Assembly: GCA_012295275.1 (NCBI GenBank) | Contig: CM022671.1 | Span: forward strand, 27,528,001-27,592,000 | DNA from: Chrysomallon squamiferum | Taxonomy: Eukaryota > Animalia > Mollusca | Direction of reading: 5' to 3' | Length of the DNA: 64,000 nucleotides | Shown here: one piece after another, positions 13,121 to 26,306 of the stretch | How the letters are laid out: the number at the start of each line of letters is the position of its first letter | How positions within the stretch are numbered: the first letter of the stretch is position 1 | Notes under the pieces: generated by a model | What the model was told of the DNA's origin: nothing | The model's input: the letters and a program-made list of their open reading frames with translations, nothing else | Database searches by the model: none | Made by a program: the position numbers and the translations under genes

Positions 13121-14484
13121 GGAATATTTAAAATACATACATACATAAATTCATTACAGAGACATCAAACTCCAGACAGATATAAATGTGTTTCTATAAC
13201 ATATCGTGACGTGATCTTGCTTTAATTAATATTATCAGAACGGAGCAGTAATTATCTTCCCGTCTTGTAACACACAATATGTGTAGATCAGTAGGACTAT
13301 TTTTAAACGAGTTCAAACGTGCGCAGTTTAATTGCTCTGTCTGACAAATTCAAAATTATTTTGCAGCACGCTACTGACATTTATAAAAATCTCTTTTTAG
13401 ACATCATAACCAAGATCTAAGACAAATTCTATTAAAAAAAAAAAAAAAAAAAACGATTTTGTATGTTTTAATTTTTTCTCGATATTTGCAACATAAGTGC
13501 TCTAAAATCTACTATTGACTTCCCCGACCATGATATATAAATGTTTATAGGTGCTTGGTATAAATACAACACAATGCTCTGAGCGAATCTTCAAGGGCAA
13601 ATAGGGTAGAGACATGTCGGTATAGCTGAAACATGCAAATACTCAGTATATACAAAATTTAATTTTAAATATTTGTTTAAAACTGTTTGTTCTGTTTTAT
13701 GAAAATATATGGTAAGATTTATACATATATAAACGCAGTTGGAAAAAAAAATATATATATAGAACAATGTTTTCATGCACATAAATAAAAAACCGGTTGT
13801 CGTTGTTATATAACATACCAGTAGTAACCAAACCAACTAGCTATTAATGTTAAAAAACCAGTCTATTATTATTACATGCGCATTATGGAGAGGCAGCCTC
13901 CGTAACTATTTTGTCCTGTCTCGGACTCTCTCCCTACACAAGGCGTGTGTGCAAGTGCATAAATTCCTTCATTCATCTTTTAAAACAAACAAATAAATAG
14001 TGTGCCGACAATCTTTTAAATTTTTCTTTTTTCTTTCAAATACCGTGGCCGCAGAATATATTTATAAATAAATTTAAAACTCCGTACATCATCTCGGCAT
14101 AAAATTAGTCTGTCTGATAAAACGAATCGTTATGAAAATAAAATTATTTACTTAATTTTACCTACTGCAGTGCTATTACTCTGGAAACGATGTGAAATCT
14201 TATCAGCGGACATTACTCTACAGTCAGCTTGTAAACCTCCTAGTCCTGTGTCTTGTATATAAATAAATCATTAAAAACATTTATTTTTTTATTTTTTATT
14301 TTTCTGGGCAATCCTCCCAGCCAGCTGTTTTGTGCACAACTGTAGCAACTTGTAGTTTGTGCTTAAAAGATAAATTATATCATTTACAGGCCTTAAACAT
14401 GACACGAGAAATTTGCTACGAGAAGGAAAAAACATTCCGAAGTGGTTTAACGGGATAAAAATGGTGTCTAACTGCGGTCTAATT

Positions 14485-14925
14485 CGTTAGACTGTAGACG
14501 AGGAAAAGATTATTTTTAAAATACTACTGTTTTCAACAGCGACAGAATGGTGATAGTTATCAGAAGATTAACTTTAAAATATGCTTTTTATAACGACCTT
14601 TAGAATACTGATGATCAAGTAAAATTTCACTTAAAAAAAACTGCTCTTTTTAAGGTTAACATTTTGGTGATTATGAAAATATTGACTTAAATTTTTACTT
14701 TTTTAGTTAATTAGTTAAAGTCAGAATATTGATAATCATGAGAAGATGTCTTAAAATATTACTTTGTCCACTACCGTTAGAAGCTTGATAATCAGGAAAG
14801 ATTAACTTAAAGTAATTCTATTTTCAGTACCGTTAGAATACTGATTATTATAAAAAATATTTCCTTAAAATACTTCTTTTTATTATCCTTAGATTACTGA
14901 TAATTATGAAAATATTTTAAAAATG
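14485..14925. repeat. Decayed tandem repeat, period about 55-60 bp
   Basis: Recurring TTAGAATACTGATAAT..GAAAA.ATT.ACTTAAAATA-like blocks. Confidence 0.6.
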
Positions 14926-15256
14926 ATTATAAATTTCAGTAGAGGTTGGAACATAAGCATTTGTTTATAATGATTATTCTGTTATTGATACTGCTTGAAA
15001 TAACATTCTTACTGCATAATCTGATAATTTCCTTCTGTTTTTTTTTTTCTCTTATAATATACTTAATCCATTCTAAAAAAACATACGTCATTGAGAAATA
15101 TAATTTAAAAGACAGGTTTGTCAGTTCCTATTGATTGTTGTATGTTAAAGACTGACAGTGAATCGACATTTCTAATCTCTGTACAGATTTAACTGTTTAA
15201 AATAGAAGTTGTATCAAAAACAATCCTAATTTTAGATCGATAAACCTAAGACCACG

Positions 15257-15259
<3 letters not shown>

Positions 15260-15339
<80 letters not shown>

Positions 15340-15340
15340 A
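15260..15340. repeat. (CA)n microsatellite
   Basis: Direct reading. Confidence 0.95.
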
Positions 15341-16277
15341 TTCCCAAACAAAGATGTTTCAGAAAAAACCTTTTCGAACTCATTGAATCGCTTCTGCGTA
15401 GAACCTGTTATTATTCAATCCCTGACAGTAAAGTACAGTGTAATAAAATTAAAAAAATCACAGCACAGGATAATAAAATATACAGTTGTATTACGGTAAT
15501 ATGTGTCGTGACGGGATATAAAAATAGTTAACACCTTTTCACTAATAAAATACACACCAACACAAAGCATTTTCATTTATCTTTTTGTCCTTTCGATGAC
15601 GTAAACCTGATGGAATTTCACAAACACACGGATCTTTGATTTAGGCTATTCTTCATGGCTTTATTGAAAACTCGGAGACAATAAACATTTATCTTTCAGC
15701 CACAATTGAACACCTTTCGTAGGTGTGAACTTAATATGTTTATAAATTACCTCTAACTTGACAATAATTTGTTATTCACGCCCCGAAGACGACAATAAAG
15801 TTCAGCCACAAATTTGAAAAAAAAAAAGCCTTAGCTCTGTTTTTGTGTATAATCTTGTTTTAAATATTCGACAGCAAGATAGGTCGATCGAGAAAAGGGT
15901 GCACTTGAAACTCACTGTTAGTCTTGTTTTTATGTCGTTCATTTTTCGTTAATCATTTTTTGTTTCTTCTTTTACTTTTTCCTGCATTTCTTCTTCTTCT
16001 TCTTTAAATCACTCAAAGTTATTTAATATTTAATTAAACGATTTTGTAGTAAAGATCAATACGTATAACGTAAGTGGAAGAAAAAGCCTTTTCTTTTTCC
16101 ACTTAGCACAAAACGACGTATCAGGCAGATCGTTTTGTTTAACTTGGAATTAGAATATCTTTTCTATTAGGAACTCAGTCATTTTCATACCAAACATAAA
16201 CAAATTGTAGTTGAATGACTGATTAAATTATTCCAAAGTTGATTATGTTTAATCTGATACGTAATTTATTATTCCTT

Positions 16278-16308
16278 CTACTACTGCTACTGCTGCTGCT
16301 ACTACTAT

Positions 16309-16355
<47 letters not shown>

Positions 16356-16399
16356 TTGTTGTTACTGTAGTAGTGGTTGTTGTTGTTGTCGTCGTCGTC
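16278..16399. repeat. (CTA)n/(GTT)n/(GTC)n compound microsatellite
   Basis: Direct reading. Confidence 0.92.
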
Positions 16400-16824
16400 A
16401 AACCAACAAAATTAACTACACGACCCGTTTTTCTCAAGGACAAAGATGTAGTTACAAGAATATATTCAGGGCGCGCTCGCTTAGGGCGAAAATATTCTTG
16501 AGACAGTCTTCTCTAATCTGATCTTAATTATTATAGGAAAATGTTTTTACAGTGTAGATGTGTATCAAGATGGTGCCAGTCATCAGAAAAATCACTTGAC
16601 GTCAGCACAGTTTATCACCGAGGTTATTACCTGAATTCACTGCTATAAAACCTCGGGGTTTTGATTGCAAGTCTAAATGCGGGTTGTAACAATACCTTCA
16701 CATACATTAAACGACGGCGCAAAGTCCTTTGATGTATGGCCATAATTTAAAACAGAAAATTCAGTTCAAACTTCAGCATTTAAAAAACAAAGCTATACAT
16801 ATATATATATAGGTAGATAGATAG

Positions 16825-16855
<31 letters not shown>

Positions 16856-18304
16856 TGTGTATATAATATTTATATACGTATTACATCGGCAAGATGTGGA
16901 TAACCTTTTAAATGTAATTTCGGGAACACAAAACAGTTGTATCAGATTTCTTGATGTCTTTATTTAATATCTCATGACATGGCATTAGGTATGGCATAAA
17001 GATTTTTTATCCACTGAATAAAGCAGTGTGGATCTAGACATAAAGTCTCGTGTTGAGAATAAAAAGGGATAGCGTCAAGTTGACTAAAGAGCTCTTGTTA
17101 GGTTATAAACCATGTAATAAGCTTTCATCTTTAAGAAGTTTAACAGCTTTTGACATTAAGATGGTAAATCAGATACTATACTACAGTGGTCCTTAAACAG
17201 GTGAATGAAACTTTGAGTGAGAGCAAGACGAAAATTAGCCCACAAAAAAATCATAAGAAAATTTAGTCTTAGTTGAATGAAATTTTATGATAAAGATTTG
17301 AGGATGAATGACACTTGGAAAGTTTAAGAAGTCCTGCTATGATTGATACGTGAGAAACGTCAAAATAATTTTATAATAATTAATAACTCAACTCATTCCC
17401 TTTTTATAATATTTAATACGTAATGTACGGGAAAAAGAAAGATATTGTAAATGATATGTATGTGTGTGTGTGAGTGCGTGTAGAATTTTTTTTATTTTTT
17501 TTTTTTTAGTTCATTTTCTATTTCATGACGTATTCAGGCCTGTTTATGACACTATTATATCACAACACAGAATACATTAACATTATTATCAGTGTGAAAC
17601 AATTTGGAATCACGCAACCTTCATATTTAATAATTCACGTGGATTTGCCGGTGGCGCTGTGTGGAACCCAGAGGCAGTCGCCTCGGTGAGATTTGTCCCC
17701 ACGCTTCAACTTTGGACACGAGCTCACGGGATTCCGAGATGAAAAGGAGAATGTTATCTGCCGCTAATTGGTACGAAGTTATCGACTCTTCATAAATTCA
17801 TCTCCTCGGGCTGTGAAGGACAATCCCTATTACTTCTGATAATCCTGTGAGTGTACTTTACTCCAACACGACAAAACATCAAGCTTTTTGTTCTCTGATT
17901 TTTTTTTTTTTTTGTGTCCGCCTCGAGACACATGAAGTTGGTCATTATTATCGGATTTATTTTTTATATTAAATTGTAGTGCATTTTGAACAGAATAAAT
18001 TTAAAATAAATAATAAAATAAATAAATAAATAATAAAAAAAAAATAATAAAAAAAAAAAAATTAATTAATAAAAAATTTAAAATAATAATAATAATGATG
18101 ATGATGATGATAAATAAATAAATATAAATTTTGTGTCTTGTTCCTTGAACCTCGTTTTCACATTTCATAATCTTCTCTTCAGCTCTTGTTTTATTATCAT
18201 CATGATTTTTTTCTTCGTTCACTCTTTCATTCATTTCCTGGTTGTTGGGTTTTTGTTATCACTGCAGTATATTTTTTCTGTTTTGAAAAATCAATTATAG
18301 TTTG

Positions 18305-18339
<35 letters not shown>

Positions 18340-18572
18340 TATTATTATATTTTTTTAAACGAAAGGAAATAGATCAAATTCAAAAGATCTTCTGGTTTTA
18401 TCTTCATTCCCTCTTGGCTCTAAGATTTCAAAACTTTTAACAGTAAACCGCAGTATTTACAATTTGCAATCTAACAGAGAGCTATATTACTGTCGCGTAC
18501 GGCATCTGCAATTCTCGAAATAACAGAGCGTTTGGTATTACATACAGAATAATGAAACAACTGTAACCTGCT

Positions 18573-19472
18573 GACGTCACGTACAGTATTTAGAATTTTT
18601 AAGCTAGTAAATATATGTTAATGTCACGTACAGTATTTAGAATTTTTAAGCTAGTAAAGATATGTTAATGTCACATACAGTATTTAGAATTTTTAAGCTA
18701 GTAAAGATATGTTAATGTCACGTACAGTATTTAGAATTTTTAAGCTAGTAAAGATATGTTAATGTCACGTACAGTATTTAGAATTTTTAAGCTAGTAAAG
18801 ATATGTTAATGTCACGTACAGTATTTAGAATTTTTAAGCTAGTAAAGATATGTTAATGTCACGTACAGTATTTAGAATTTTTAAGCTAGTAAAGATATGT
18901 TAATGTCACGTGCAGTATTTATAATTTTTAAGCTAGTAAAGATATTTTATGTCACGTACAGTATTTAGAATTTTAAGTTAATAAAGAACTGTTAATATCG
19001 TGTACACTTTTAGAATTTTTAAACAACTGAAAGCTGTTGACATTACATACAATATTTAGATTTTTGAAAATACTGAAATCTAGTACAGTTTTCAGATTTG
19101 GACAGTATAGTATTTAGAATTGTCAAGCTAATAAAGAGGTGTTAATGTCACGTACACTATTTAGAATTTTGAAACTACTGATGTTACGTACAATATTTAG
19201 AATTTTGAAACTACTGAAAACTACTGATGTCACGTACAATATTTAGAATTTTGAAACTACTGAAAACTACTGATGTCACGTACAATATTTAGAATTTTGA
19301 AACTACTGAAAACTACTGATGTGACGTACAATATTTAGAATTTTGAAACTACTGAAAACTACTGATGTCACGTACAATATTTAGAATTTTGAAACTACTG
19401 AAAACTATTGATGTCACGTAGGTATCAAAAATTTTAAATTGCCGATGATAGAGAGCTGCTGATGTCACGTGC
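18573..19472. repeat. Minisatellite of two related subarrays (47-bp and 46-bp units)
   Basis: About 9 copies of ATGTCACGTACAGTATTTAGAATTTTTAAGCTAGTAAAGATATGTTA (starts 18621, 18668, ...), a decayed middle, then about 5 copies of GATGTCACGTACAATATTTAGAATTTTGAAACTACTGAAAACTACT (starts 19226, 19272, 19318, 19364, 19410). Confidence 0.95.
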
Positions 19473-20706
19473 TGCAGATAAAAGGATGATTTTCGTTACA
19501 CTGCACCGCTAATCAATAAAAGCTAATTGCCGATGAAGATAGAAAAGATAATCACAAAAAAAAATCAAATACGAATGTTGTCCACGGCTGAATTCTGTAA
19601 TTTCCAAAGGGTATTTAGTCTTAACGAGAAATGAAGAGAGCGGAATTAAATTACAAACCATGAGAAAGAGAAAAACAGAAATGTCGATCACAGTCCAATG
19701 GGATCAAAGAATGATCTAATCTGAAATGTTGTTTCTTAACTATTTATTAACTCGAGTTAGTTTAAATGAGTAATCTGTATTTGAAAAGTGTACAAATATA
19801 AGTACAGATGTACGTATATATAAAGAGAACAAAATTATATATACACATACATGCACACATATGTAAACCTATTGTATGATTTTTAAATACATGGATTATG
19901 ACAGTGTATTCATATTCATTCCTGCGTACGTGTACAAACAGACAAAATGATGAACAGTACAAAACATTAAGAAAATATAATAATCAAATAATTGTTGGTA
20001 ATTATCAGGAAATAAGATAATTTATGCACAGCTTAAAGGTATATTATTTTTACAGTCATAACTTTTGACTGAACTTTTTCGACTTGTTTTTTCTTCTAAT
20101 TCTTCTTATTATAACAAGTTAAAATTATGTTAACCTACATTTTCATTTTGTTTCCATAAAACCTACTTTCGTTAGTGCATCAGTTTTAAATTAATTATTC
20201 ACATAACCATTACAAGATAAATATTAAATAGCCTACCTTTCAGTGCTTGACGAAGTTCTATATTATCCCATTAGGTTTTGCATCCAGAGAGCCAAGAATC
20301 AAACAGAAAAAAATAAAATATAAAAAAAAATATAAAAAATAAAAAATAAAAAAAGTCTATTATCCACATTCTAATACGCTGTGTTCGCTGATGTTGGCAT
20401 GTTTTAAACTGAATTCAGTTATACTGCGTTGAACGCAGAGTGATAAATTTAACGCTTTAGGGCCGAACGTTCGATGATCAGGGGTGTGAAGCGGTTACGT
20501 ATTTCAAAGCAATAACTGTTAATATTGCTAAAGATGAATGTTTCTTGCGGTGAAGCAGACGGTTCAGCGTGGGGGGAAAACCAGCTGGGATCATTAACTG
20601 TTGTTACAGAACGATAAAACACTACAACATTACTCATTATGTGAACTGGCTGCAGCTACGGGCGGTCTAGACTTGGCAGATATCAGGTATCATAATAAAT
20701 AAATAT

Positions 20707-20708
<2 letters not shown>

Positions 20709-20769
<61 letters not shown>
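20709..20769. repeat. (AC)n microsatellite
   Basis: Direct reading. Confidence 0.96.
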
Positions 20770-20773
<4 letters not shown>

Positions 20774-21855
20774 TAGTCGAACCAATGTTCAGGTTCAAAT
20801 CTAGTAATGTCAGCTATCTTGTTAGCAAATGCTGCAAGGTATTAATAAAATAATAATAAAATAAAAATAATAAATAAACCTGTTTGCTTCGGTAATGTTT
20901 AACAGTATTATTTCGGTATAGATCACGTGTATAGTTATCGCGGACAGAACGTCATAATCTGCACGCCTGGGTTTCAGCGAATTAGCAAAGAATTTAGGTG
21001 ATACATAGAAGAGATTATAGAGCAGTTTTAAATCTCCCCTGTCGACTCCGGGAAGATTAAACCAGGATGTTATTATCGGAGTTACCGATAACGAAATAGG
21101 TACACCAAAGATAAGGATCCATTTTGTAGAAAATACGTAACTGTTACAATAAAACGATAATATATTGAAACATTAACAACATTCATCGTTATGACCTATT
21201 TTGCAGAAAAGCCGTAACTTACTATAAAACGACAACACACTAAGCATTCGTCACAACCCATTTTCTAGAAAAATATATACTTCAGGCTTACCTATTTACA
21301 CGGAGCTGACAGTATAAGACAAAATCTTTACCTTATTGTCAGTAAATCAATATTCTGGAAGGTGTTCACAAGATGTTTCCACAACATACGAACGACTTTT
21401 TTAAGAAAAGATGTATATATACTTTAGACTTACCCAAAATGGCAATACATGCCAAAATATTTCATATATTATTAGTTATGGAATATGATCATAAGATGTA
21501 TCCACTACATAACTATGACGACATTATGTTTAACAAGTATACGTGTATCAATGTTTTTGCCCGATTTCGGGTAACTGTTTTTAACGGTCAATAAATCTTC
21601 GCATTGTTTGTCACCTACAAATTGCTATAAGATCAGAGGCTAAAAATTAGGAGGTAATTTATAATAGAAAATATTAATAAGTTCACGAGTTGCGACAGGA
21701 ATCAGTGAAACAGTTTGGTTTATAAGTCTATTAATCATGACTGTCCGTTTGATGTTAATCAGACCATTGTAACACAAATCATTCCATCCGTCCTGCAGGT
21801 TCAGATCTGTTTGGAATCACCGGTTAACGAGAATTAATGAACAGAAAAGTATTTT

Positions 21856-21933
21856 AACAACAACAACAACAACGAAAACAACAATAACAATAACAATAAT
21901 AATATTGATGATGATGATAAATAATAATAATAA

Positions 21934-21964
<31 letters not shown>

Positions 21965-21981
21965 AAGAAGAAGAAGAAGAA
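21856..21981. repeat. (AAC)n/(AAT)n/(GAA)n compound microsatellite
   Basis: Direct reading. Confidence 0.93.
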
Positions 21982-23427
21982 AAACCATATCACTTGTTAT
22001 TGCTTGTGACAAGACACAAACCGATTCGTGAGAGGTTTAACTCTGTCTGTTAAAACGACGAAAATATTTTTATTTTTTTTATTCCACAAACTTTGGCATG
22101 AACATGAAATAGCCGAGCCACAATAGCAGCACAGAGAAGATTTTCTTCTGCGACCAATCATTTTTCGGGCAGTTATTCTAATGGCTAGTTAAAACAACTG
22201 TGACAAATAAAGTCTGTGTTGCGTACACGATCCAGAAGTCTGTTTCTATTGTGAGAAAATAATGATTTCTATGTTATAAACACGTCATGAGAAAATTGGT
22301 AGTTTTTAATTACCAGTATGTAACTATTTTTCATAAATAAAGTCCCAAAATATAATTTCAGTAGTAAAATAATCAATTCATTTATTCAGACAGAAAAATA
22401 TCTGTATGGATGGATGGATGAATGGATAGTGGAACTGTTGATTGGTTTGGACAAAAAAAAATAAAAAAAAAATTCACTTTAATAGTCTCTATAACTCTGC
22501 CTTCTTTAAACAAAAGGAAATCGATTCCCGCTTCATTCAACTGCCGTAGTGAATACAAAATCACATCACATAGAGAAAATTAATCTGTCCTTGGATGAAT
22601 CTTAGTCTGTTTGGATAAAATAAAGATCAGCCGAGTTCAAAAGCGTGATACATAGCCAGCCGCTCCATCAATCCTTTTGTAAATGTCAGAGTTAATTCCG
22701 GTCATAGGTAGAACGAGTGTCAGCCGCTTACATCAAACGACAAACCCGTGTTATCAAAGTTCTCGAATCTTCTCTGGATACAAGAACGTCTGTGACGGGT
22801 ACTCCACATCCAAAAGAACATCCATTATGTTGCACTCGGGGAGTGCTAATGGTTCAGCATGCAGCATGCGTCAGATCTAAGATCGACACATGCTCTCCAC
22901 ATGAAACAGAAATCGAGATAATAAAGGTCACCGACTGCAGTTCATAAATTTAACTGAGGTTTTTCTTTTAATGGCCGTTGAAAGATAAAAGCGTCGTAAT
23001 TTGTTTAATTTTTACTTTTGATGTAAGAACAAAAAGCTTAAATAAATTTCGTATGCTTCAAATTTATTGGTTTCTTTTACCTTTTCAAAACATTCTTTGC
23101 TAATAAGAAAGTATGACAATTAAAAAAAAAATAAAATATATATAATGATGTATGAAACCCGAAAATGTCCTTTTAATCCTGATTTCATTTCATAAATAAA
23201 GTGTTCAGTAATAATTTTATTTTCATATTTAACTGAGCAAGTAATTTGGTAAAGAAAATAAAACGATAAAGCAATAACGTATTTAAATAACCATTTTTAT
23301 GTCCATCCACGATGCATTTTAATCGACTGAATGTTCCGTTATTGTTTTTCAAAAGGTCTAAGACTTTACAACTGAAGAATCCTTCATTTTGTCTACATCT
23401 TGTGACTTCTCTTGGTATTCTTGTGAT

Positions 23428-23734
23428 GGGTGTAGGAAAAAATGGCACTGGAAAAAATGGCACCGGAAAAAAAAGGCAACTGGAAAAAATGTCATCCGGA
23501 AGAAATGACACTGTGCAAATTTGAAAAAAAAAAAAAAAAAAAAAATTGGCACTCTGTTTCTTTTTTCTGTAGGTGCTTAAAAAAAGAACAACGTAAAAGT
23601 ACTTTTGAAAATACAATTTCTTTATGCAGTATTGATACATACATGTATATTAATATACAGCATTACTCAACCACTAGGTTTTTTTACTTAACAAAGTACA
23701 GTATTATATCAGAGTCCCATTTTTTCCGTACCCC
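23428..23734. mobile_element. Second foldback/MULE-like MITE with GGAAAAAATGGCAC-type subterminal repeats
   Basis: Left GGGTGTA-GGAAAAAATGGCAC, about 5 copies; right end reverse complement GGGGTAC-GGAAAAAATGGGAC; flanks CTTGTGAT (23420-23427) and CTTGCGAT (23736-23743) form a near-perfect TSD. Confidence 0.75.
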
Positions 23735-26269
23735 GCTTGCGATTACCATGTTTATGTAAAAAGCGCGTTTCAGACATATTGAGGTTATTATTGCGCGCTA
23801 TTCATTTTAATGCAAGACAGATAGATCGATTCTGCACTTTTACAATCATTTCTCAACTTTTGTTATGGTGTAAGAAAGTTAGGGAAAGTACATGTGCTTA
23901 TTATGAATATTTATTTATTTATATATTTTTTATTTTAGACTACTACAAATTTATTATAACATTAACAAATTTCCATCACTATTCAATTAAAAAAAAACGA
24001 AAAGAAAATAACTTTGTATTCGGTCATTTGCAAGACATGCTTGTAACAAATGCATCACGATTATTGACTTCTGTCGCCAATTTCAAACTAAACCCCCCAC
24101 CCAATCCCCTCCATCTTCCTGTCAAGGACACCAGCTCGTGTTTTCGTCGTGTCTGATTAAGCGTTAATTGGATATGCACACGTTGATTACTTACAGTTGT
24201 CATTTTGATTTCCCGACGCATGTCCCGTCTGGCAGAGACGTCTGTTCGGATGTACTTGAAGCAATCCTGCAGTGACATCCAGTAATTATAGGCGGGTCAT
24301 TCGGCGTCTGAACAACCACCTCGCCGAATCGTTTAAGTAATAGAAGTAAAGATGCGGCGCTCACAAGAAGAGAATAATGTGTGGTTTGTTTCGTTTGTTA
24401 AGACAGTGGTTTTTCTTTGGCATTTGGTTACATAAAGAAATATGCTATAAAAAAATGACTTGACACATACTTACAATGTAATTAATGTGTTTCTGTTATT
24501 GTTCACACGCTGAAGTTACTTGTTAAAACAGCATAATGTAATGGAAGCCAGTTTTCGGTATTTCATTTATTAAAGACATTGGTTTATTTTTGCAACCGGC
24601 TAAAAATGGATCCGTCACATCTGTTTGATATGTGGTTACGGTTTAATTAGTTGTTATTGTCATTCATTTTCATGCTATTAGTCTTGTTTTCTTGACAATA
24701 CAATTTAATCGAAGCAAAATGACAAGAGAAGCCGTATTAATGTCAACTAAAATAAAATAACATTTACGTATGCGTATTGTTACATCTTTTAAAATGTTCT
24801 TTTTTAACAGTATCAATTATATGTATGTTTTAGTGGATTTTAATTATTTATCTATATACTGTCTTTAAATTTTGTAATTTTTCTCTCCGTTACTGAGGGA
24901 TACGGAATTTATGAAGGATACCAGGATCTTTAATGAAGTGTTTATCTGACTTATTTTATTAAATCTTATTTAGTTATTTATTTGTTTGTGTGTTTGTTTG
25001 TTTATTTACTTATATTTTTATTTACGTTAAGACAAAAACAGTTTTCAGTTACATGTGTACTTTAAAGTTTTCAAACGATATTACATTATAGTTTTGTGTA
25101 ACGAACCTGACAGACTTAGTTGTATGATCGTCTGTCACATTCGATAATGTGATTGCATTTATTTCGTCCCCTGGCTATTCATTTCATTCCCTGAAAATAA
25201 TTGTGTTATATTTTTTCGATTTTCTCTTTCCTGTCTTGTCTGTTTTTCTCTGTCTTACCATTTATTTGTTCATTGTACATGTTAAGTTTTCTTTGTTTGT
25301 TTAATTTGTGTTTTTTTAACCTGCACCAGAGCCTATGTTCTTCGATTAGCAGCAAAGAAACTTATTTGCACCTACTCATGCACAGGATGAAAAATATTAA
25401 AATCCGTGTGGAAATGAACTATAATATATACTGCTATTACTTCTTTCTTTTTTTTCTGCTGTTCAGTTACTGGGCTTTTTTGTTTGTTGTTGTTGTTGTT
25501 GCTTTTTCTCCTTATTTATTTATATTTAGGCTGGGAAAAACGTTGCAACTTTAGAGAGAGATTGAATATAATTTTGACTGATAGAAAAGTAACAACAAGT
25601 ACTTAATTTATTTATGTTAAAAACACTCAGTTCATTGCAAATATCATCTCAGTGAACTGCTTTTCTAGTATATAAGCTATAATTATATCAGCTGGATTGT
25701 TTAGAATAATACAAAATACCACTGTTGTTGATATGGCGGTTTTAGTGTAACTGAACATGTGTCTTCTATTAATAACCCAACACATATTATGTTTCTTTCC
25801 TTTTTTGAAGGATAAGTATGTTTTATTATTTGCTAAGGTCTAGAAGAGCGTATTAATGGCGTCATCAGTCTTAATAACTACTATTTACGAGTTCAGTACA
25901 CCAATTAACGCCCAATTATTTCCCCTACTTTATGAATTTATTTTTCTCCATAACAACCATAATAAGAAGGGCATTGTTTTTAATCATTCTCTATATAATT
26001 ATAACTGATGTGAATATGTATAATTTACGGCGAATAAAAGAGCGCCAATTAGTAATGCATTTGTTCTCCGAGTTTAAAACACTTACACGAACTCTTGGTA
26101 ACCCCAGTTTAGCAGCTGAGAACTAGAGGAAAATATGATGATTAACAACTGTTTATAATAAATTGTTTACGAAGTCATAAGTTTCTGTACGAAGATACAA
26201 CGGCTCGTGTATGTTTTAAAAGTTTCGTTAAATATTATTTTTTTATTTACATTTTTTAAATTATTTTTA

Positions 26270-26306
<37 letters not shown>

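Noticed and set aside
14400-14460. EGKNIPK-like frame as a candidate RasGAP first exon
   Set aside because: A much better exon 1 (ATG, LYLRISEAKNLLAKD, gtaagt donor, correct phase) lies at 29686-29753.
18573-19472. Regular repeat array resembling a CRISPR
   Set aside because: Units are head-to-tail with no unique spacers, there are no cas genes, and the context is eukaryotic; it is a minisatellite.
22717-22947. Insulin-like peptide suggested by KR and CCTRG
   Set aside because: Cysteine spacing does not fit the A-chain CC-x3-C-x8-C pattern, and no B-chain or signal-peptide exon was found.
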